Below, one piece after another: positions 62,366-64,000 of a stretch of DNA of 64,000 nt. Under the pieces are notes generated by a model that saw nothing but the letters and a program-made list of their open reading frames with translations, did no database searches and had not been told where the DNA came from. A program made the position numbers and the translations under genes. Every line of letters starts with the position of its first letter. The stretch's first letter is position 1. The stretch is taken from the IMG/VR virus record IMGVR_UViG_3300031578_000012; one strand, 5' to 3'. This stretch comes from a virus.

Positions 62366-63078
62366 TAGGCTTCTGATTTTACAGGGTTTGTTTCTGATTC
62401 TGGACTATCCGGAATTTCTGGCATTACTTCTTCCGGAAGCTTTATATCTGTAATCCTTGGCGGTTTCTTACCTTTAATCCGAGCCATTTCCAAAATCATC
62501 CATCTCCAGGCCAGCATTGCATGATGATATACCTGTAAGTATTCATGTTCAATGAGCTTGGGTAAATCTTCTTTTATGTTAATACTTAGATCATTAACAA
62601 ATACATCCAGTTCACTCTCCAGATTATTAACCTGTATTTCATAATCAAACTTTGTAAATTTATTTGGATTGATAACAGCAAGCTTGTTCATTGCAATTTC
62701 TCCGCTATCTAGCAATATGTCTTCAAAGATGTGATTTAAAGTAACATACACTACCTCCAGATTGTTAATAACATTATGTATGTACTGTGAATGTTTTCCC
62801 ATGTCCAAATAGTCAATTTCTTTTTGGACTTCCTGCATAGTTTGACTATAATTGTGAGCATTTTGACACAGGGCTGTATACTCTGGTTGAGATAGAGTTT
62901 TAACAAATTCCTTATCTTTATACTGAGTATGGTATGACTCCAGCTTTTTCATAACAGTTTGGAGGGTCTTTTGGTGATGTAATATCGCTCCTTTGTTATA
63001 GTTAAGAGATTTAACCATATTGGTCACCTGGGCCATTGTATCCCGCATAATCTTTGCAATCTTCGAATCTTGTAGCAT
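62365..63078 (-). CDS. Hypothetical protein (237 aa)
   Basis: The start is trimmed to the ATG at 63078 (MLQDSKIAKIM). The track extension runs through tRNA-like element TL7. Confidence 0.65.
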   Translation of the reverse strand: MLQDSKIAKIMRDTMAQVTNMVKSLNYNKGAILHHQKTLQTVMKKLESYHTQYKDKEFVKTLSQPEYTALCQNAHNYSQTMQEVQKEIDYLDMGKHSQYIHNVINNLEVVYVTLNHIFEDILLDSGEIAMNKLAVINPNKFTKFDYEIQVNNLESELDVFVNDLSINIKEDLPKLIEHEYLQVYHHAMLAWRWMILEMARIKGKKPPRITDIKLPEEVMPEIPDSPESETNPVKSEA

Positions 63079-63097
63079 AGTTTCTGGTTTAAATGAG

Positions 63098-63188
63098 GGC
63101 AGAAGGGGGGATTCGAACCCCCGGGTAGTAATTACTACTCCAGATCCAGTAGGAAAAGCCAGAAACCTACTGGCTATTTTACTTCCGC
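63098..63188 (-). ncRNA. 91-nt tRNA-like element TL7 with G3-U70 acceptor stem and non-canonical core
   Basis: Acceptor GCGGAAG/CUUCUGC (G3-U70), T-arm GGGGG-UUCGAAU-CCCCC and discriminator C. The core forms hairpins GCCAG-UAGGUUU-CUGGC and GUAGU-AAUU-ACUAC, but I find no standard D or anticodon arm. Confidence 0.55.
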
Positions 63189-63338
63189 CTACCATAATAT
63201 CGTCCCCGCCGAAGCGGGGGCCTGACTATGCAGCTACCTTGTGGCTCCATACAGGACTTAATTGAACAACTTTGCCAGTTATTCCTCAGTGATTTCAATT
63301 CGTGTTGTACTCTGCATGCTGTCAAAACATTCAGCCCC
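63189..63338 (-). ncRNA. ssrA: tmRNA coding piece (5' GGGGCUG, P2 5' strand, tag frame, UUCG-capped hairpin); 3' boundary uncertain
   Basis: RNA: GGGGCUGAAUGUUUUGACAGCAUGCAGAG...CUGGCAAAGUUGUUCAAUUAAGUCCUGUAUGGAGCCACAAGGUAGCUGCAUAG-UCAGG-CCCCGC-UUCG-GCGGGG. The candidate tag frame at 63276..63226 ends ...SHKVAA-stop. Confidence 0.75.
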
Positions 63339-63585
63339 GTAAGATACGATCTGGGGGTACGCCCAGGAGAAGCCTACCACGTATGGTAACCCGGCTCCCA
63401 GGACCCCAGATCGCGAGTTCTTACAAGAGGGGAGGAAAATTCTAGTCTAAGCACCTATCATTTACGCTCCTCAACGTATGATTTATGGTACTACTAGAAT
63501 CATCCCTCAAGACCATTGCCGTAAAACACCCCTTGGTCGCAAAAGCGTCCGCAGGGCTTGCGGTTGGATTTTTTATCATAAGTAG
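63339..63585 (-). ncRNA. 247-nt structured intervening segment between the tmRNA acceptor and coding pieces
   Basis: Hairpin 63549-63563 (CCGCA/UGCGG). A long rod at 63428-63511 (AUUCUAGU/ACUAGAAU plus GAGGG/CCCUC). A long rod at 63348-63412 (GAUCUGGGG/CCCCAGAUC, capped by UACCA-UACG-UGGUA). Confidence 0.6.
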
Positions 63586-63650
63586 TGGAGCTGCGGGGCT
63601 TCGAACCCCGGTCCAAACATGCTTTCCTTCACGAATATAACGAAATCAAA
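63586..63650 (-). ncRNA. ssrA: tmRNA acceptor piece (P2 3' strand, GGAC, T-arm, CAGCUCC-A 3' acceptor strand); 5' boundary uncertain
   Basis: RNA: UUUGAUUUCGUUAUAUUCGUGAAGGAAAGCAUGUUUGGAC-CGGGG-UUCGAAG-CCCCG-CAGCUCC-A. It pairs with the GGGGCUG and the three P2 segments of the coding piece downstream. Confidence 0.75.
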
Positions 63651-63670
63651 GAACGTATTTGTTAGAAATA

Positions 63671-63678
63671 TATACTAA
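63671..63678 (-). promoter_or_regulatory. TTAGTATA box upstream of the tmRNA acceptor piece
   Basis: Variant of the AGTATT box, 29 nt upstream of the first P2-pairing nucleotides. Confidence 0.35.
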
Positions 63679-63808
63679 ATATCTAACAAAAATAAAATTG
63701 GTCGCGTAGTTTATCTGTTCCCATCTTGTCTTATAAGAACGTCTTCTATGCAAGAGCAGACCGGCTATACTGATTACTCATACCCTAGCCTAATGATATG
63801 CACCTTTG

Positions 63809-63892
63809 ATGCAATGAAAGGATTCGAACCTTTGACCTGAAGCACGTTCTATGCCGCGCGGCAACCGCTCTATCCAACTGAGCTACATTGCA
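63809..63892 (-). tRNA. 84-nt tRNA-like gene with canonical acceptor, D- and T-arms but no recognisable anticodon arm
   Basis: UGCAAUG-UA-GCUC-AGUUGGAUA-GAGC-G-[27 nt GUUGCCGCGCGGCAUAGAACGUGCUUC]-AGGUC-AAAGG-UUCGAAU-CCUUU-CAUUGCA-U. The 27-nt centre does not form a 5-bp/7-nt-loop arm. Confidence 0.5.
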
Positions 63893-63899
63893 TACCTTG

Positions 63900-63972
63900 T
63901 AGCGGGGACAGGAGTCGAACCTGCAGTCGAAAGCTTATGAAGCTCTTGAGTTACCATTACTTCCACCCCGCA
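63900..63972 (-). tRNA. tRNA with anticodon CAU (Met, or Ile2 type), 73 nt, CCA not encoded
   Basis: Acceptor UGCGGGG/CCCCGCU (U1-U72 mismatch), anticodon arm AGAGC-UUCAUAA-GCUUU, variable CGACU and T-arm GCAGG-UUCGACU-CCUGU. The D-stem is weak. Confidence 0.75.
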
Positions 63973-63974
63973 AT

Positions 63975-63982
63975 AATACTGT
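63975..63982 (-). promoter_or_regulatory. ACAGTATT box 8 nt upstream of the tRNA(CAU) 5' end
   Basis: Same AGTATT core as the boxes upstream of early ORFs. Its position suggests a -10-like promoter element with transcription starting about 8 nt downstream. Confidence 0.4.
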
Positions 63983-64000
63983 TTTGAATCTGACTTCATT

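Noticed and set aside
47582-63195. Long N-terminal extensions of track ORFs 47582..48031, 50407..50787, 53250..53594, 53491..53721 and 62365..63195
   Set aside because: The extensions run through tRNA-like elements or overlap the preceding gene by more than 100 nt. Internal ATGs with better context were used instead (SD at 47869; AGTATT box spacing at 53486 and 53661).
63098-63650. Ordinary one-piece tmRNA gene
   Set aside because: The CAGCUCC-A acceptor strand and T-arm that match the GGGGCUG 5' end lie upstream of it on the same strand. The only T-arm downstream (TL7) has the acceptor strand CUUCUGC, which cannot pair with GGGGCUG.
1-64000. CRISPR arrays, integrase or lysogeny module, rRNA genes
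   Set aside because: I saw no regularly spaced direct repeats with unique spacers, no tyrosine or serine recombinase motifs, and no repressor-type genes anywhere in the window.

Overview
This window reads as about 64 kb of a tailed dsDNA phage genome. No integrase or repressor is visible, so it is probably virulent. It is AT-rich by eye. Several TAnnTTTG boxes of the Bacteroidota -7 promoter type suggest a Bacteroidota-like host.

Layout:
- 1-25.6 kb (+): virion and tail module. It holds paralogous repeat-domain proteins, a 1495-aa structural protein, an HU/IHF-like protein, a glycine-zipper protein, a 2301-aa polyvalent protein with an embedded CmoA-like SAM methyltransferase domain, three fibre or spike proteins, and a propeller-like protein.
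- 25.7-46.4 kb (+): replication, recombination, nucleotide metabolism and lysis. It holds a DnaB-like helicase, primase, dNMP kinase, SF2 helicase, family-A DNA polymerase, NinB, HD hydrolase, SbcCD, an HNH homing endonuclease, a PD-(D/E)XK nuclease, an amidase lysis cassette, RNase H and an SF1 helicase.
- 46.4-54.7 kb (-): small early-type genes plus a radical SAM enzyme.
- 54.8-56.1 kb: a 1.3-kb ORF-free, repeat-dense control region.
- 56.1-60.9 kb (+): small genes.
- 61.0-63.1 kb (-): a small operon with an RyR-domain protein and an HExxH protein.
- 63.1-64.0 kb (-): an RNA gene cluster.

The most unusual content is RNA:
- Six anticodon-less tRNA-like minihelices (acceptor stem plus T-arm) sit in the intergenic gaps of the leftward operon. 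Five of them embed the upstream stop codon in the acceptor stem.
- A tmRNA gene has its 3' tRNA-like piece upstream of its 5' GGGGCUG/tag-coding piece, which is a circularly permuted, two-piece arrangement. A 247-nt highly structured spacer separates the pieces.
- Two further non-canonical tRNA-like genes lie next to one ordinary-looking tRNA(CAU).

All protein calls rest on motif recognition by eye. No database search, RNA folding program or tRNA scanner was run.
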